Positions 38,809 through 52,093 of a stretch of DNA of 64,000 bases are shown piece by piece. Origin of the DNA: Mobula hypostoma (Eukaryota); assembly GCF_963921235.1 (NCBI RefSeq), contig NC_086097.1:188854001-188918000 (forward strand). Direction: 5' to 3'. Position 1 is the stretch's first letter; each line of letters begins with the position of its first letter. The position numbers were made by a program, and so were the translations under genes. The notes under the pieces are model-generated. The model did not search any database and was not told where the DNA came from. It saw only the letters and a list, made by a program, of their open reading frames with translations.

Positions 38809-39744
38809 TAATTCTTTAATTGTATGCAGTGTTTTCATTGACTTGTAACGGGGTAGTAAATGACACAGTATCCACACAGACAGGGGGTCTTGGGGCAGGC
38901 TCGCGCCTCAATCTCACACGCTTGGTGGGGCCAGAGATTATCTTCCCTAGACTTATGCAGCCGAGGAAACCAAAGTGTTTCATAGATAAAATACTGCTCA
39001 TTGGAAACCCAAAGCAAAATTAGAATCTGCTTGACAATTACTATGTGTACTGTAAGTTACAGGTTTTGAATCAGGATCTTGTTAAAAAATTAGTTACAAT
39101 GAAAATATTTGATTATCATTCTGAAATAAAGTTTTTTTTCACTAGAAACTTTTAATTTCCTGTACATTTTTGTGCTTTTGTATTTTAAGGTTCCCTCTGC
39201 CATTCCAGCTTATTTTCTGTCTGTGAAGATATTCTGGATTCAGCAACATCTCTCTTCTGGTACAAGCCTTTTCTGAAAGACAACTATAGCAGGTTTGTAT
39301 AAGCACATACAGGATCAAGTACAGACCAATTGGACTGCAAGCCTGTCTCGCCATTCAATAAGGTCATTGCCATTTCAGTCTTGGCCTCAACATTCCATTC
39401 CTACTCTCTACTTCTTGACTATCTTGTTGTCAAATATTTATTGCTTTGCCTTGAATATATTTAATAACTCCACTCCTGAATTCCAGAGAGTCCCAACCCT
39501 CAGAGAAGAAATTCTTCCTCATTTCAATCATTAATTGTTCTCCTCTTATTCTGAAACTATGTCCCCTGGTTCCAGGAATCCTTGGTGGACAAAACCATTC
39601 TTTGAACATCCACCTTGTCAATTCCCCCCCTCGATAAAATTATCTCTAAACACCATTAAGTCTAAGACCAACCTGCACAAGCTCTTTTTATACATCAACC
39701 CTTTAACCTCAGGAATCAACCTCGGCACTGCTGTAATGCAAGGA

Positions 39745-40550
39745 CAGTGGATTATGGTTATTTGAGCTATTGACCCATTAGAGTAGCAGCCTACTTGGGC
39801 CAACTCTTAAAGAACAAAAACTAATTTTTAAAAAAGCCAGGATTCTCTTTAATTATTTGAGACACTGTTCTGCTTAATTGGGGCAGAAGACTGTTGCTGA
39901 GCAGTTTCTAATTAATGTCAGTTGCATAGCTGTTGAACACTACACAGTGCTTTGAGCGAACAGTTTTTAAATTGCGGCAGATGCACGTTTGTGTTCAAAA
40001 ACCAGTGATATTTGTCACTGAGAGTTGGCAAGAAATAAGCAGTAAGACAATTCAGAACTGTTTTGCTCACTGTGGTTTCAAGCATTCAGGCCTGGAAATG
40101 CCAGAAATAGCCGGGAGTGAAAATGAAATAACTTCACTACTTCAACAAGTTAGGAACTATAAAGAATTTGAAGGTACTGACAATCATCTTGACTGTTACA
40201 ATGACATTGGAGATTTGGAGGATGCAGCTGTCAACAGCATTGCATGAAGGCAGTCCATTATCTGCAATAAGTGTTTGTGCTGATTTTGTTCACTTACAGT
40301 CAAAAGAACATGGCAGTGTACGCTGGATGAATTCCTCCATCGATAACTATTAAGAACTAATACACAGATTTATAATGCTGTAGTAGAATGGTAGTACTCT
40401 GTATTTCATTTAAATACATAATTTGTTACTCAGTTTGTGTCTTTTATACCTTTTTAACTACTTCCACAAAACTTTGTCTAATTGTGGCAGCCACTTAATT
40501 GGGCCAAAATGTACTGATCCCCATGTGTCCCAATTAACTGGAATCCACTA
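39745..40550 (+). mobile_element. Old pogo/Tigger-like element inserted in an old minus-strand CR1 (about 39290-40690)
   Basis: Degenerate TIRs CAGTGGATTATGGTTATTTG / CAATTAACTGGAATCCACTA; remnant ESWQEISSKTIQNCFAHCGF is typical of the pogo/TIGD DDE C-terminus. Confidence 0.75.
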
Positions 40551-41485
40551 TGTTCACTGTATTTCCTTAAATATAGAAAGTAAAACTTTCTGCAGTACTC
40601 TCGGTGCAGGGTTGCCACTGCCGTTTAAATTTGTATCAAACTTCCCCATCTCTTGCAATGAAGGACAATATTCACAAACATTTTAATTACTTGTCTCTTT
40701 TCAAAATACCTTGACTCTTTTATACCTTCAGTGGATATTTTGGCTGAATAAAAATGATTCTTTAGGAAAATTAAAAACAAAACATATTCTTTGCCGCTGA
40801 CTATGTGAAATGAATAAACGATGAAAAAAGGATGTTTTTTTTTAAAAAAGGTGGATAGAAGCAGTTACATATCCAAGTAATGTCAACACATATAGAAAAT
40901 CAGGAAATGAATATACCCAATCTGCTTCAGTAAACTGCAAACCATGAGTCGAAAAATATATTTAAAATATTGTAATGGGAAAGATTTGGGAACTACAAAG
41001 GAAGAAAGACCTTTTGATGGCTGTTCCATATATTGGCTTGTTTATTGTGCCTTTCAGTGTAGGGTTTTGGAAAATAAATTCAGTGGTTGTCTATTTGGTT
41101 ACACTAGAGACTGAATAAAACACGATGAAGACTCTCACTGAAAGAGGTTAACATAGGTATAGTAGACAGAGTCAGTGCAAAGATTTGCAATTGAGAAATC
41201 CTAATTGCCTTAAAATCATCTAAAACACAAATGGAGACAATGAAAATTGTATGTATGTATCAGCTTCCAATGATCAGATCAGTTCTGTAGAGTCCGGCAT
41301 GTAAAAAGTCAATAAATTGAAAATCTTTTTGATTTACAAGTGACACATACAGTACTTTTGCTTGAAAACTGAGCAGCTCTTGGTTACTTGCCCTGACTTC
41401 TCCCTGTGTAGCTTAGAGCTCAATTTTCCTCAATAATGCTCATATGAAATGGATTCAGATGTTTTACCAGGTTAAAGGTATTATA

Positions 41486-42863
41486 CAGTGCCTTGAAAGA
41501 GTATTCACCCGCAACCCTTTGTTCACATAAATGAGTATTTACAACTAGGGATTTTGATCAATTTAAATGAGAATTTTTATTTGTGAATCACATACTCCTT
41601 CCACCACCCCACCACACACACAGTAGAGCCCAAAAATCAGGGAAGATTGTAAAGAATGAGAAATTAAAAACTGAAATGTCAGCTGTTCAAAAGTATTCAT
41701 CCCCTTTGCTCAACACTTAGTCGAACCACCTCTTGCAGCTATTACAGCCAGTAGTCTTTTGGGATAAAGTCTCTATTAGCTTTGCACAATGAAATGGAGC
41801 AAGATTTACTCAATCCTCCTTGCAAAATTGCTCAAGCTGTGTCAGGTTATCTGGGGAGCAGTGGTGGACAGCAACCTTGAGGTCCTGCCAGAGACGTTCT
41901 ATCGCCTTAAGGTCAGGATTCCGACAGGTCCACTCAAGAACATTAATTTTCTTCATTTGAAGCCACTCCACGGTTGCTCTGGAGGTGTCCTTTGGGTTGT
42001 TGTCCTTCTGAAAGACCAGATTCCTTCCCAGTTTAACTCCTTTGGCAGATGCTAACAGGTTTTTAATCCAGAATCTCTGTATATAACAGCATTCATCTTC
42101 CCATCAGTCCTGACTAGATTTCCAGTCCCCACTGCTGCCTCTGCCATACTTTACAGTAGGGATGGTGTTACCTGGTTGATTCAGTATTAGATCTACTGCA
42201 TAGTGTTGAGTCTACAAAGTTCCACTTTAGTCTCATCTGACCTCAAAAGCTTCTTCCACAACTTTATGATATCCTCTAAGTGATGCTTTGCAAAGTCTTT
42301 ATGGGCAAGGATATGCCTTGCCATTCTTCCATAAATACCCTTTTTGTGCAAGGACTTAGAGATTATGGAACCATTAACATCATCTCCAGTTGCAGCCACT
42401 GACTTCTGTAGCTCATTCAGAGTGATGGTTGGCGCCACAGCTGCCTCTCATACAGTGCTATTTTTCTCCAGCGACTGATTAGAGGGTTCAGCCTGACATA
42501 GGAAGTGGCTGTGGTTTCATATTTTTTCCACTATTTCATGATGGACTGCACTGAGCTTTGAGGTTTGTTCAGTGCCTTTGAGATGGTCTTGTACCCTTCC
42601 CCAGAATTGAGCTTCTCTATTATCACTTCCATGAATCACCTTGAATGCTCTTTTGTCTTCATTTTGGTTTGGTCTATTGAAAACCTACTGTACTATTGGA
42701 TTACAAGGAGGTGGTGTACAGTATTCTTATGAATTCACTGAAAACAGGTGATCCTCCAATTTTCTACATCAACATATTGGATGCATTGGTACAGTAATAT
42801 ATTGCTAATGAGGAGAGTTGGCATAGTAACTACAAAGGGGATGAATACTTTTTCAAGGAACTG
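41486..42863 (-). mobile_element. Degenerate Tc1-like transposon (IR/DR type)
   Basis: 22-bp terminal match CAGTGCCTTGAAAGAGTATTCA / TGAATACTTTTTCAAGGAACTG (2 mismatches), left TA, inner repeat AAAAGTATTCATCCCC near 41690. Remnant PTITLNELQ...LWKKLLRSDETKVEL. Confidence 0.88.
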
Positions 42864-43270
42864 AATGTATATAAATTGCACGGACTCTCAATGGGCTTCA
42901 TTTTCCAATAGCACAGAAAATATGGGCGTATGCTTTAATTTGCTGACTGTAAGGGAATGATTTTTAAACAGGATTCTGAGGGACTGTTTTCATCAGAGGA
43001 AAGTAATAGAAAATGAAGATGTAACTAATAAGAATCCTTCAGTTATGGTGGAGAACTTAATACCTTACTGAACTGGCAGAATAATCTTAATATTTGATAA
43101 TTCACCTATCACATGCACAAAATTATGGACACATTATCACAATAAAATCTTTAAATGAACCTCAGTGTGAGACTTTGGCTGCCTCACTCAGGACTTGCCA
43201 TTGATTAACGTTATATCAAATGTGTTTGTAGTCTGAAAATTGCAAAGTTAAGCTACATTTGAGTATGGTT

Positions 43271-43945
43271 ATACTTTATACTTTATTGTCGCCGAACAAT
43301 TGGTACTAGAACGTACAATCATCACAGCGATATTTGATTCTGTGCTTCACACTCCCTGGATTACAAATATTAAATATTAAAAATAGTTGAAATTAGTAAA
43401 TATTAAAAATTTAAATTATAAATCATAAATAGAAAATAGAAAAATGGAAAATAAGGTAGTGCAAAAAAACCGAGAGGCAGGTCTGGATATTTGGAGGGTA
43501 CAGTCCAGATCTCGGTCAGGATCCGTTCAGCAGTCTTATCACAGTTGGAAAGAAGCTGTTCCCAAATCTGGCTGTACGAGTTTTCAAGCTCCTGAACCTT
43601 CTCCCGGAGGGAAGAGGGACGGAAAGTGTGTTGGCTGGGTGGGTCGTGTCCTTGATTATCCTGGCAGCACTGCTCCGACAGCATGTGGTGTAAAGTGAGT
43701 CCACGGACAGAAGATTGGTTTGTGTGATGTGCTGTGCCGTGTTCACGATCTTCTGCAGCTTCTTTCGGTCTTGGACAGGACAACTTCCATACCAGGTTGT
43801 GATGCACCCTAGAAGAATGCTTTCTACGGTGCATCTATAAAAATTAGTGAGGGTTTTAGGGGACAGGCCAAATTTCTTTAGTTTTCTCTGGAAGTAAAGG
43901 CACTGGTGGGCCTTCTTGGCAGTGAACTCTGCTTGGTTGGATCAA
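43271..43945 (-). mobile_element. Young Rex1/Babar-like LINE 3' fragment
   Basis: IIKDTTHPAN..LPSGRRFRSLKTRTARFGNSFFPTVIRLLN; AATAAA plus AAAGTAT-repeat tail. Confidence 0.88.
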
Positions 43946-44366
43946 GTCAGGTTATGGGAGAGAGCATTTAACAAATGAGGAAAAACATAATCATCCTTCA
44001 TCAATTTTCTGTGTCCAATCAACTTTAATATAATTGAATAAGACAACAAAAGGAGAATGTTGAAATCTACAAAACAAACACCTTTCGTTGTCCAAACAAT
44101 ATAATTGCAAGTTGGAAGACTGAATGCTGTTACAAACTGTGCATCCACCTGTTTCTCAATGAAAATTCATATGTGGCAGGTCCAGATCGAAGTATCAACT
44201 GCTCTACTACTACACTCATCACTTGGTGAGTGTAGAAGTATTAGTTAAAGAGAAAAAAACAATGTTTTTTTCATATAACACCTTTCGAGATGTCAACAAA
44301 AAACAGTTCTGAGGCAATGAAATGCTCTTTGAGATTTGTAATGCAGAAAAATGGGTGGTGGGGTAG

Positions 44367-44730
44367 AGATACAACTCTATCAAAGGAGGTGCAAGGAACT
44401 CCTTCCCTCTGCTAGCTTACAAATCATCCTCGTGCAAGGTGTATCACCTGCTTAGCTTCCCCCCCCCACCCCCTGACCGACCAATCGAGGTCACGTGAAA
44501 CCACGGCAGCAGACGGTGGATGGTCATATGAACAGCTGGTACATATCGCAAGTCCTGGTTATACAACCAGTGACGCCAGGCACACAACTTCTGAAGAATA
44601 TTGATTATTTCTGGAGTCACCCATCTTGTAAAGACACTGCCCAGAAGGCAGCAATGGCAAACCAATTCCGTAGAAAAATTTGCCAAGAACAACCATGGTC
44701 ATACAACATGGCACATAATGATGATGAAGA
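44367..44730 (+). mobile_element. RTE-tailed non-autonomous retroelement or SINE
   Basis: The 3' end GCAATGGCAAACCAATTCCGTAG..TTGCCAAGAA..CCATGG resembles RTE/BovB tails; ends in (GAT)n. Confidence 0.55.
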
Positions 44731-45387
44731 ATGCAGAAAAATAGCAACTGGTGTCCTACAAATGGCACAGAAGGAAACAATCAGGTCACCTTTATCTTTA
44801 AGATGTTGGTTGAAGGATAAATGCTGGCCTAATACTATGAAAGATCCCTGGTTTAGAAGGGTTACCACAAATTGACACGGAATACTTTGTGTGGCAGTGA
44901 CACACTTGTGAGAATATACATGCAAGGCATCTGCAGGCATGAGCATTTTTGTCAAATATGTAAATACCACCTGTGCAAAATTCTAACGCGTATATAAGGT
45001 GCTCTAATGGTGTGTGGGCCTCATCCACTGGATAGAGGCATGCTGCTTCATTGTTAGTCACATGCCAGGGCCTAAATTGGGCCCTGCTGGATTGATCTTC
45101 TCCCGTGGGGATTTGTTCTTCAATCCCTTATTAATACTGATCAGCCTATCTTCCTGTTCTGCCACATTTTTAATGCCCTCAACCAACCAGAGTTGATATG
45201 GCCACATATGTGGAAACAGTCCTTTGCAGCAGATGAGAGCTTAGTCATCAGGACTTAAAGGGAGCCTGCCTGATCTGGTCTTAGACCATGAATTCTGCCA
45301 CTGGAAACCTGACTTAATGACAGTTCCTGGTTGGGCTTCCCAACTTCCACAGTTGCACCCGTGTCACGGCTCATCCTAAACAGCTCA

Positions 45388-45466
45388 AACAGCTGCATGA
45401 CAGAGGAGTCTCTGACCTACAGGGTATTCCCAGGGACGGACAGATGCACAGACAGACACACACACA

Positions 45467-45502
<36 letters not shown>

Positions 45503-45942
45503 TCAAATGCTGCTGGCAGATCATCAACTTGGTGGAAGATGCTCTTTGGTCGGCCCGAAATTTGTTGGTCTACCAGCACACTGAAATGTCTGTGGAGGAA
45601 TGCTGCTGATTGGCACTTTCTAGGCTGCAGGGATACGTGCTGAAGGATCCACTGAAGTTTGTTGCAGCCACCACAAGGACTTAGTGGGGAAGGACCACAT
45701 TGTGGGGTTCTTCACCTGCAGGAGACGAAGGGGCCCGGTTGGAGAAAGAAGCCACTTAATTATTGTTGTAGCAGTGTACCACCCCAGAGTGCCACCAGTG
45801 GCAGCAGTACCACTGACGAGTACCAATGCAATTGAACAGTATGGAAAGCATTGACTGCGAATGTAAAGAATGAAAAGGCAGTGAATGGTTTATTCTTATA
45901 AGTATTTTAAAAATTATTAATAAAGTCTATTTTGTTTAAAAA
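45388..45942 (+). mobile_element. Tx1-clade LINE 3' fragment
   Basis: VFPGT...CCWQIINLVEDALWSARNLLVYQ...ECC*LA.SRLQ.YVL resembles the Tx1 ORF2 C-terminus; AATAAA and a short A tail near 45920-45942. Confidence 0.65.
45447..45498. repeat. (CA)n/(CAGA) microsatellite
   Basis: Directly visible. Confidence 0.95.
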
Positions 45943-46699
45943 CTTCCATGGTCACAACACCTTTCCTGCCACTGCAATTTGTTTGCTAGCCCAGTCATCC
46001 TTTCAATGCCCAGATAAAACTTCAATGGTGTCTGTATTCTTCTAGTCTGACCCACTTACCAAGCCTTTTTCCCTGCAACGACTGGCACTCTGCAACATGA
46101 CTAACCCAAGCTCCTTTTAAACTTTTCCAGAATCAGCCATGCATCTTTCGAGGCACTGAAGAATTAGTAAGCCAATATCTATTTAGTACAAAAACTGATA
46201 AGGGCCAACATGCAGAAGGCTGTGGAACTCTGAACCCAGTCAATTGATCAAAACCTGACAGACAAGGTAGGTGCAGTATCAGATTTAGAGTTTCACTTGC
46301 TCCCTATTCGCCGTCTGGCTGTAGAATGGGGAACACGTTATATCAGAACATAAATACTTAATTTGCTAGAAAGTTGTTTTTGGGCCAGTCCTTAGGATGT
46401 TTAGATATTGATGCTGTTGGCTGTGGTAATTAAATACAAATGAGTTTGCCTTTGTGGAATCCTACCCCAGAACCTAGTCTGTTTTCTGAAAGAACACTGC
46501 TGTTATGTTGTCTAGTCTTTGACAAGTCAATGATATCGACTTGACAGCCATGTATGTGGATCACTACTAACAGCGATCTTACCAAGCTCAGTTTTACTTA
46601 AAATCAAATAGGTACAGCATTCAACTATTCGTTTGTATTCATTTTTTGTTATTGCTTCTTCCACTTAAAGTGTGGGTCCTGCTGAGTGTGGCCAGTTAG

Positions 46700-47780
46700 G
46701 AGTCAGTGAGAAGTTATCCTTCTGTACACTGACTTTTTCCAGCCTCCCCTCCATAAACTCTGTCTACATTTCTTACTACCTTGGTAAAGCAACCAGTATA
46801 GTCAAAGATTTCTCCCACCCCAGACATTCACTCTTCTCTGCACCCCTCCCATTGGGCAGAAGATAGAAAAGCCTTACGTCATGTGTTATAGAGAAGTACA
46901 GCACTGAAACAGGCCCTTTGGCTCATCTAGTCCATGTCGAAGCCACTTAAACTGCCTACTTCCAGCAATCTGCACCTGGACCACAGCCCTACTAACCATT
47001 ACCTGTCCAAACTTCTCTTAAACGTCAAAATCGAGCTCGCATGCGCCACTTGCACTGGTAGCTCATTCCACACTCAGGAATGAAGAGGTTTCACCTCACG
47101 TTCCTTTTAAACTTCTCTCCTTTCACTCTTAACACATGATCTCTGGTTGTAGTCCCACCGACCTCAGTGGAAAAAGCACCAGGTTCAAGGACAGCTTCTA
47201 TCCCTGTTATGACCGTTGAATGAACCTCTTGTATGATAAGATGGACTCCTGACTTCATAGTCTACCTCGTTAAAGGCTTGCACCTACTTGTTCAGCTGCA
47301 CTTTCTCTGTAACTGTAGCATCATATTCTGCACCTTCTGTTATTGTTCCTTCCCTGCACTGCCTTGATGTACTGATGTGATGAAATAATCTGCGAAGATG
47401 TACGTTCCCCCCTCGCTGTGAAATGGAGACATTTCTTTTTCTCTTATTAGGGAGAGAGAGAGCCTGTGGTATGTTGAATACTGGGTGAATGAGTAGTCTT
47501 TGGGGTACTGCATGTCTGTGTCTTTGCTGTTGCTTTGCTACACGCTTGAGTTCTCAGTGGTGGGTGCCAATGCTTTTTTTCCCCATGGTGGGGGGGGGAA
47601 GGGGTATTGTTGCTTGCTGCCGCTTACGGCAGGAGGGAGGAAAGCTGGGGGGTGGGGTTTGGAGTTCTAACATTTAACTGTCATTCATTCTTTGGGGGCA
47701 CTCCTCTGTTTTTGTGGATGGTTGCAAAGAAAAAGCATTTCAGGATGTATATTTCTCTGACATTAAATGTACCTTTGAAA
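46700..47780. mobile_element. Nested old LINE 3' ends (Rex-like plus, CR1 minus at about 46880-47175, another LINE tail at about 47400-47780)
   Basis: SIVKDFSHPRHSLF..LPLGRR; the Rex-like sequence resumes at caccaggttcaaggacagcttc after the CR1 tail. Confidence 0.6.
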
Positions 47781-48946
47781 CAAAGTTCTCCAGGATATCT
47801 CAGTATATGACAATAGTAAACCAAATATAAATAAGATTAGAAAGGTTATCCCTAAAATCAACTGCCTGGTCACCCCAGGTGGATCTTATATTCCCATCAC
47901 AAAGCAGGAGCCCATGCGATCAAATATAGATCATCTGGGTGGAAGTTGTTGGTGTCCAGCTTCTCAGGATTTTCACAGAATCTAGGTCGTACATGTCATA
48001 TATGCTTTGGTACTGATAATGATGAAGTACAGAGGATGAGCTCTTGGTGCCAGAATAATGCTCTTGCACAAAAGTTAAGAATGCAAGCCCTGAGATAGCA
48101 CAACATTTTTCAAAAGCTTTACTGCTGAGAGTTGCAGTGTTTGCCTCATAGTGTTAACTAACTTAACTGCAGGACTTTTACTTTTGACAGCATGAATCTA
48201 GAGCATGGAAGCCATTGATCCATAAAGCATTCTAGTATCTATCAGAGTCCTCTATGTTCATCCTGCTACTCATGAAAGGCATAGAGGAGTATTCACCTGC
48301 AGTCCAGCTGAGGAACTATAGGGTTAGAGAACATTGGACTCTGGCATGACCAGGATGAGGATCAAGGTGTGGGTGTCTCTATCTCCATTGGATGTGTTTT
48401 TAAAAAAATCTCATCTTAACAATAATTAGCACGTTATCTCTAAGTTACATCTTCTTGTTCATTTGCTATTTTTGCTAATATTGTCAAAAAGGGGAAATGA
48501 AACAAATTACTTCATATATAAGGCATGAGGGCACTAGGCCAGTCTGATATTCTACAAATCATTCAGCACAGTGAAGATTGTCTCCACAGAAGTTGAAGGC
48601 CAGTGCAGCAGGAGGCAATCATGTTTATTGCACACATTACAATACAATATTGCATCCTGATCCAAAAACTGTACCTCATGAGTTGCTGCAGAAGGTCAAT
48701 ATTCCCTCACTCAAGATGTTAGTATTCAAGTGGACAGTGGCTGTCAAAATAGAAACTAATTTTACCTTTATCATTAAAGTCAGCCTTAGAATTCTAAAGG
48801 GCTTATGTATGTATGGTTATTTCGAGAAGGGGCTATACAGAGTCAAGAAATGAACAGCTCACAGCTTGTAATTGAGAAGTTTAAAGTTTAAAGACTTTAA
48901 AAATGAGTTACAACTTTAAACAAACTATTCCATAAGTTTCACCTAC

Positions 48947-49613
48947 CTCACCTACGTAACTGTACTTGCACTTGAGAATCATCCTGTAAAGCCTGGTCCG
49001 GTTTTCATCTTCAAATGGCATAGTTCCACTCAGCAAAATATAAGAGATCACACCCAAAGCCCACATATCAACAGCATTGGTGTAAGGTTTTCTCAGTAGG
49101 ATCTCTGGTGCTATGTACTCTGGTGTACCACAAGTGGTCCTCATGCACCAATCTCCACCTTTGTTCCCAGAATTGGCTAGTCCAAAATCAGTGACGAGGA
49201 TCTTGGAGTCTGATCCTGGGTGATAATAAAGTAGATTTTCCGGTTTCAAATCTCGATGTGTAATCCCCAGGGTGTGTAGGTATTTTATCCCATCTAAAAC
49301 CATCTGCAGTACCCTCGTGGCATCTCTTTCTGTAAACGATCCTTTGGCAATGACACGATCAAAAAGTTCTCCACCAGTCGCCAATTCCATCACCATGTAA
49401 ATGCGATCTTGAGTCTCGAAGACCTCAATCAGCTGGACGATGTTGCGGTGACTGACCCTTCTGAGCACACTGAGCTCAGACTCACAAACTTCCTTTCCTT
49501 CTTTTGCCTTGGTCTCAATCATTTTGATGGCAAAGGGCTGCTTGGTGGCCCTGTGTTCAACTCTCACCACCCTGCTGAAACTTCCTCTTCCAATAAGAGC
49601 CTTGATGTCATAC
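48947..49613 (-). CDS. PSKH2: PSKH-family kinase, coding exon 2 (most of the kinase domain: GRGSFS loop, FAIK, HRDLKPEN, DFG, APE)
   Basis: Acceptor TTTTAATCAG|G completes Arg. 667 nt open frame YDIKALIGRGSFSRVV...YSYVGE, donor GAG|GTAGGT (phase 0). PSKH2-type residues: SELSVLRRVSH, PFAIK, SGNKGGDW, LLRKPYTNAVD. Confidence 0.96.
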
Positions 49614-51790
49614 CTGATTAAAATGAGCAGTAACTTTGGTTACATTTTTTGGATAGAATCTCTTTAAAATGTATTGTTTCAAATTTACAGTTGACAAGAT
49701 ATGACTGGAATCAAATAATAAAAATGTTGGAAACATTCAGAAAGTCAGCCAACATTGGTGGCAAAAGAAACAAAGTTAACAGTTCAAGTTGGAGACCATT
49801 TGGCAGAACCGTAAAAATCAAAGTTGAATTAAATGTTCGGGCTTTTGGACAAGTATGTACACGCAATGGGTAAAAAAACAATAAATAAATCAAAACTTCC
49901 AAGTTTTATGTTTTTTCCTTACAAGAGATATTCATATAATTATATAATAAAAATGTAAACTTCAACTTAATCCCTCCTAACTAAATTTACCTGCTTATTC
50001 AATCAGTGTGTATTTCATGAGAATAAACAAAGTCAATAAGGCAAATATCAAACGGAGAGCATTTCCTAACCTGAAAATAAATGAGCTCATTTGTCTAGAT
50101 AGAAACTTAGATAAAGCTTGCTTCATCACTCCCCACCAGGCATACAGTTGCCAGACCACAGATTTTCTTTTATGAAGTTGGAAACATTTGATGTATCAGC
50201 ATAGATTAAACTTTTACCTGTTCATTGGCCAATCATAAGTAAACAATACTGTGAAGATACTTAGACTATGCATTGAATTTCTGAGTCTGCCCCTAATATT
50301 TGATTTGTCCCCAAATGCTCTACCAACTGGTATTTTTTGGATAATTTGTCCTTTAATATTTACCACGTAACTCACACGTTTCCAAGTTAACAACTGGATA
50401 AATAACAGTAATGAACTGTCAATAGACAAACAGCAAATTCCAGGAATTGTCACATGCAGCAATCCACCATAAATATATTCTGAGTATATTGTTGTTAATG
50501 TTCCAAATACAGCCTGATTACACGCTGGTTCTCACAAAATGGTGGATTCACCCCTCCCCCATAGTCTTGCCCCTTTTCAAAACGAGTGGGATAATCATCA
50601 AACTTTAGATATACAACTGCGTGTCTGTACATCTCTATTTCAGGGAAGATCTTCCAGCAACCTCTTTCCATTGTTCTTGATCAACTTTACAACTATATCT
50701 CAGCAATATACAGATATTTGTTTTCAATATGGGGAATGGTCCACAGAGCAGAATCTTTCACACTTAGCCACCCTCCTTATACAGATAGCCATCTGTCATG
50801 CCTTCAGACTTTCTGATTACCAGAGACTTGATCCAGATAGTCTAATGAAGTGCTTTAGCAAGCAAAGTACCATTGCATGGTATCTCCACTGAAGTATAGA
50901 GTGATGGATGGATTTAGACAGGAATCTTCATTCTGCATTTCGTTCAAAAGTTCACTTTGATTTGGTGCTCTATGTCAAACATGTAGCAAAGGATTTTTTT
51001 TCTACTGCATACTGAAGAAATCTGAAATAAAACAAATGAATTCTTAAGACTTAAAAGCCATGAACAAATAATTCAGGATTTGGGGTTTGTAAAATGGTAA
51101 TAAGCTCCAAGTTGCTTCAAAGGCACGGTGGACAAGAATGGACAATAAATATTTTCATTTATGGTCAAAGGCAAACACAAAAGGAATTCCACAAACCTGG
51201 CCTACAAAGCTGAAGGTTTGCTGCTAACAATATAAGAGACAGAAAGGGAGGAATATAGAGCCATCAAGAATAAAGGAAGCTGATGGTTTTTGATACCTAT
51301 GCCTATTATTCAATTTGTGGAAGGAATATTTGCAAGTGTTAGAAGGGAGCACATTTCAACCAAAGGACTAACTCCCACGAGACTAGCTATTTGATCCACA
51401 CTGTAAAGACTAATTGGTTCAGGGGTGGTGCTGAGGTGGTGCTTGCTGGTGCTATAGCACCAGCAGAAATTACCATAGCACCACCAAGAAATTAACTGAA
51501 ATTTGACATACAAATTACAGCTGTTTTGCTTTCTCTGTATAATTTTGAACACAGCTTGTCTCTCCAGTTGATCTAGTGAAGCAGCTCCCCCAATTACCAT
51601 AGCACCCACGCAGCAGTAAAGTTATAAACTCTGTGCTGGTCTAAGGTCAGATCCACTCTACACTTCTGCTTATTTGTTCATTGTCAGTATCTTGCCGTTG
51701 CTGTCCTCAGATCAGTTAAGCTGATCTAAGATCACTTAAGGTGGTGACATCACTCACTCTCACTCACGTGAGAGGTTGATAGTATACATC

Positions 51791-51844
51791 CAGGCGTAGA
51801 TCCATGGTCTCGCGAGACTAATGGATGCCACACACACACACACA
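51791..51844 (+). mobile_element. SINE/LINE 3'-tail fragment with an (AC)n tail inside the hAT
   Basis: CCATGGTCTCGCGAGACTAATGGATGCC matches the 3' end of the SINE at 22655-22960 (CCATGGTCTCATGAGACTAACGGATACC). Confidence 0.75.
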
Positions 51845-52093
51845 TTGTGCTTTTACAAGCGAGCGTGGGCCTGGCACGTGCATTATTTTGGCCGGTATGA
51901 AAAATGGATTGATTTTTAGTCAGAAAACGACCTCATCCAGAGGAATCAGTGGTTTCTCAGCCTGAGCCTGTTTTAATTGAAACTGACATGCAGAGAGAAG
52001 TAAGTGGGGATGAGGATGACAGCAGTTCATCGAAGGAGTGTGAGGGTGAAGTAGAGGAACAAGAAATGGAGTGGAATTCAGAAGAGAACATGG

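Larger units (their letters stand above)
36820..38982. mobile_element. Solo LTR (about 620 bp after removing inserts) hosting a PLE hairpin and a Tigger
   Basis: TGTAAT...GTTTCA ends with a 4-bp TSD TAGA (36816-36819, 38983-38986); non-coding. Confidence 0.62.
145..48946 (-). other. Intron 2 of the kinase gene (48.8 kb, GT-AG)
   Basis: GT at 48946-48945 and AG at 146-145; the joined frame GE|PW is the expected kinase sequence. Confidence 0.9.

Noticed and set aside
48624..48946. Intronic polyadenylated short isoform using the minus-strand AATAAA at 48629-48624
   Set aside because: AATAAA is common in this AT-rich intron and nothing else supports it without RNA data.
48908..49570. Track ORF as a stand-alone 220-aa kinase or retrocopy
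   Set aside because: It is an internal exon with canonical splice sites that joins in frame to exons at 62190 and 144; VGETYGIVCLKL is intron read-through.
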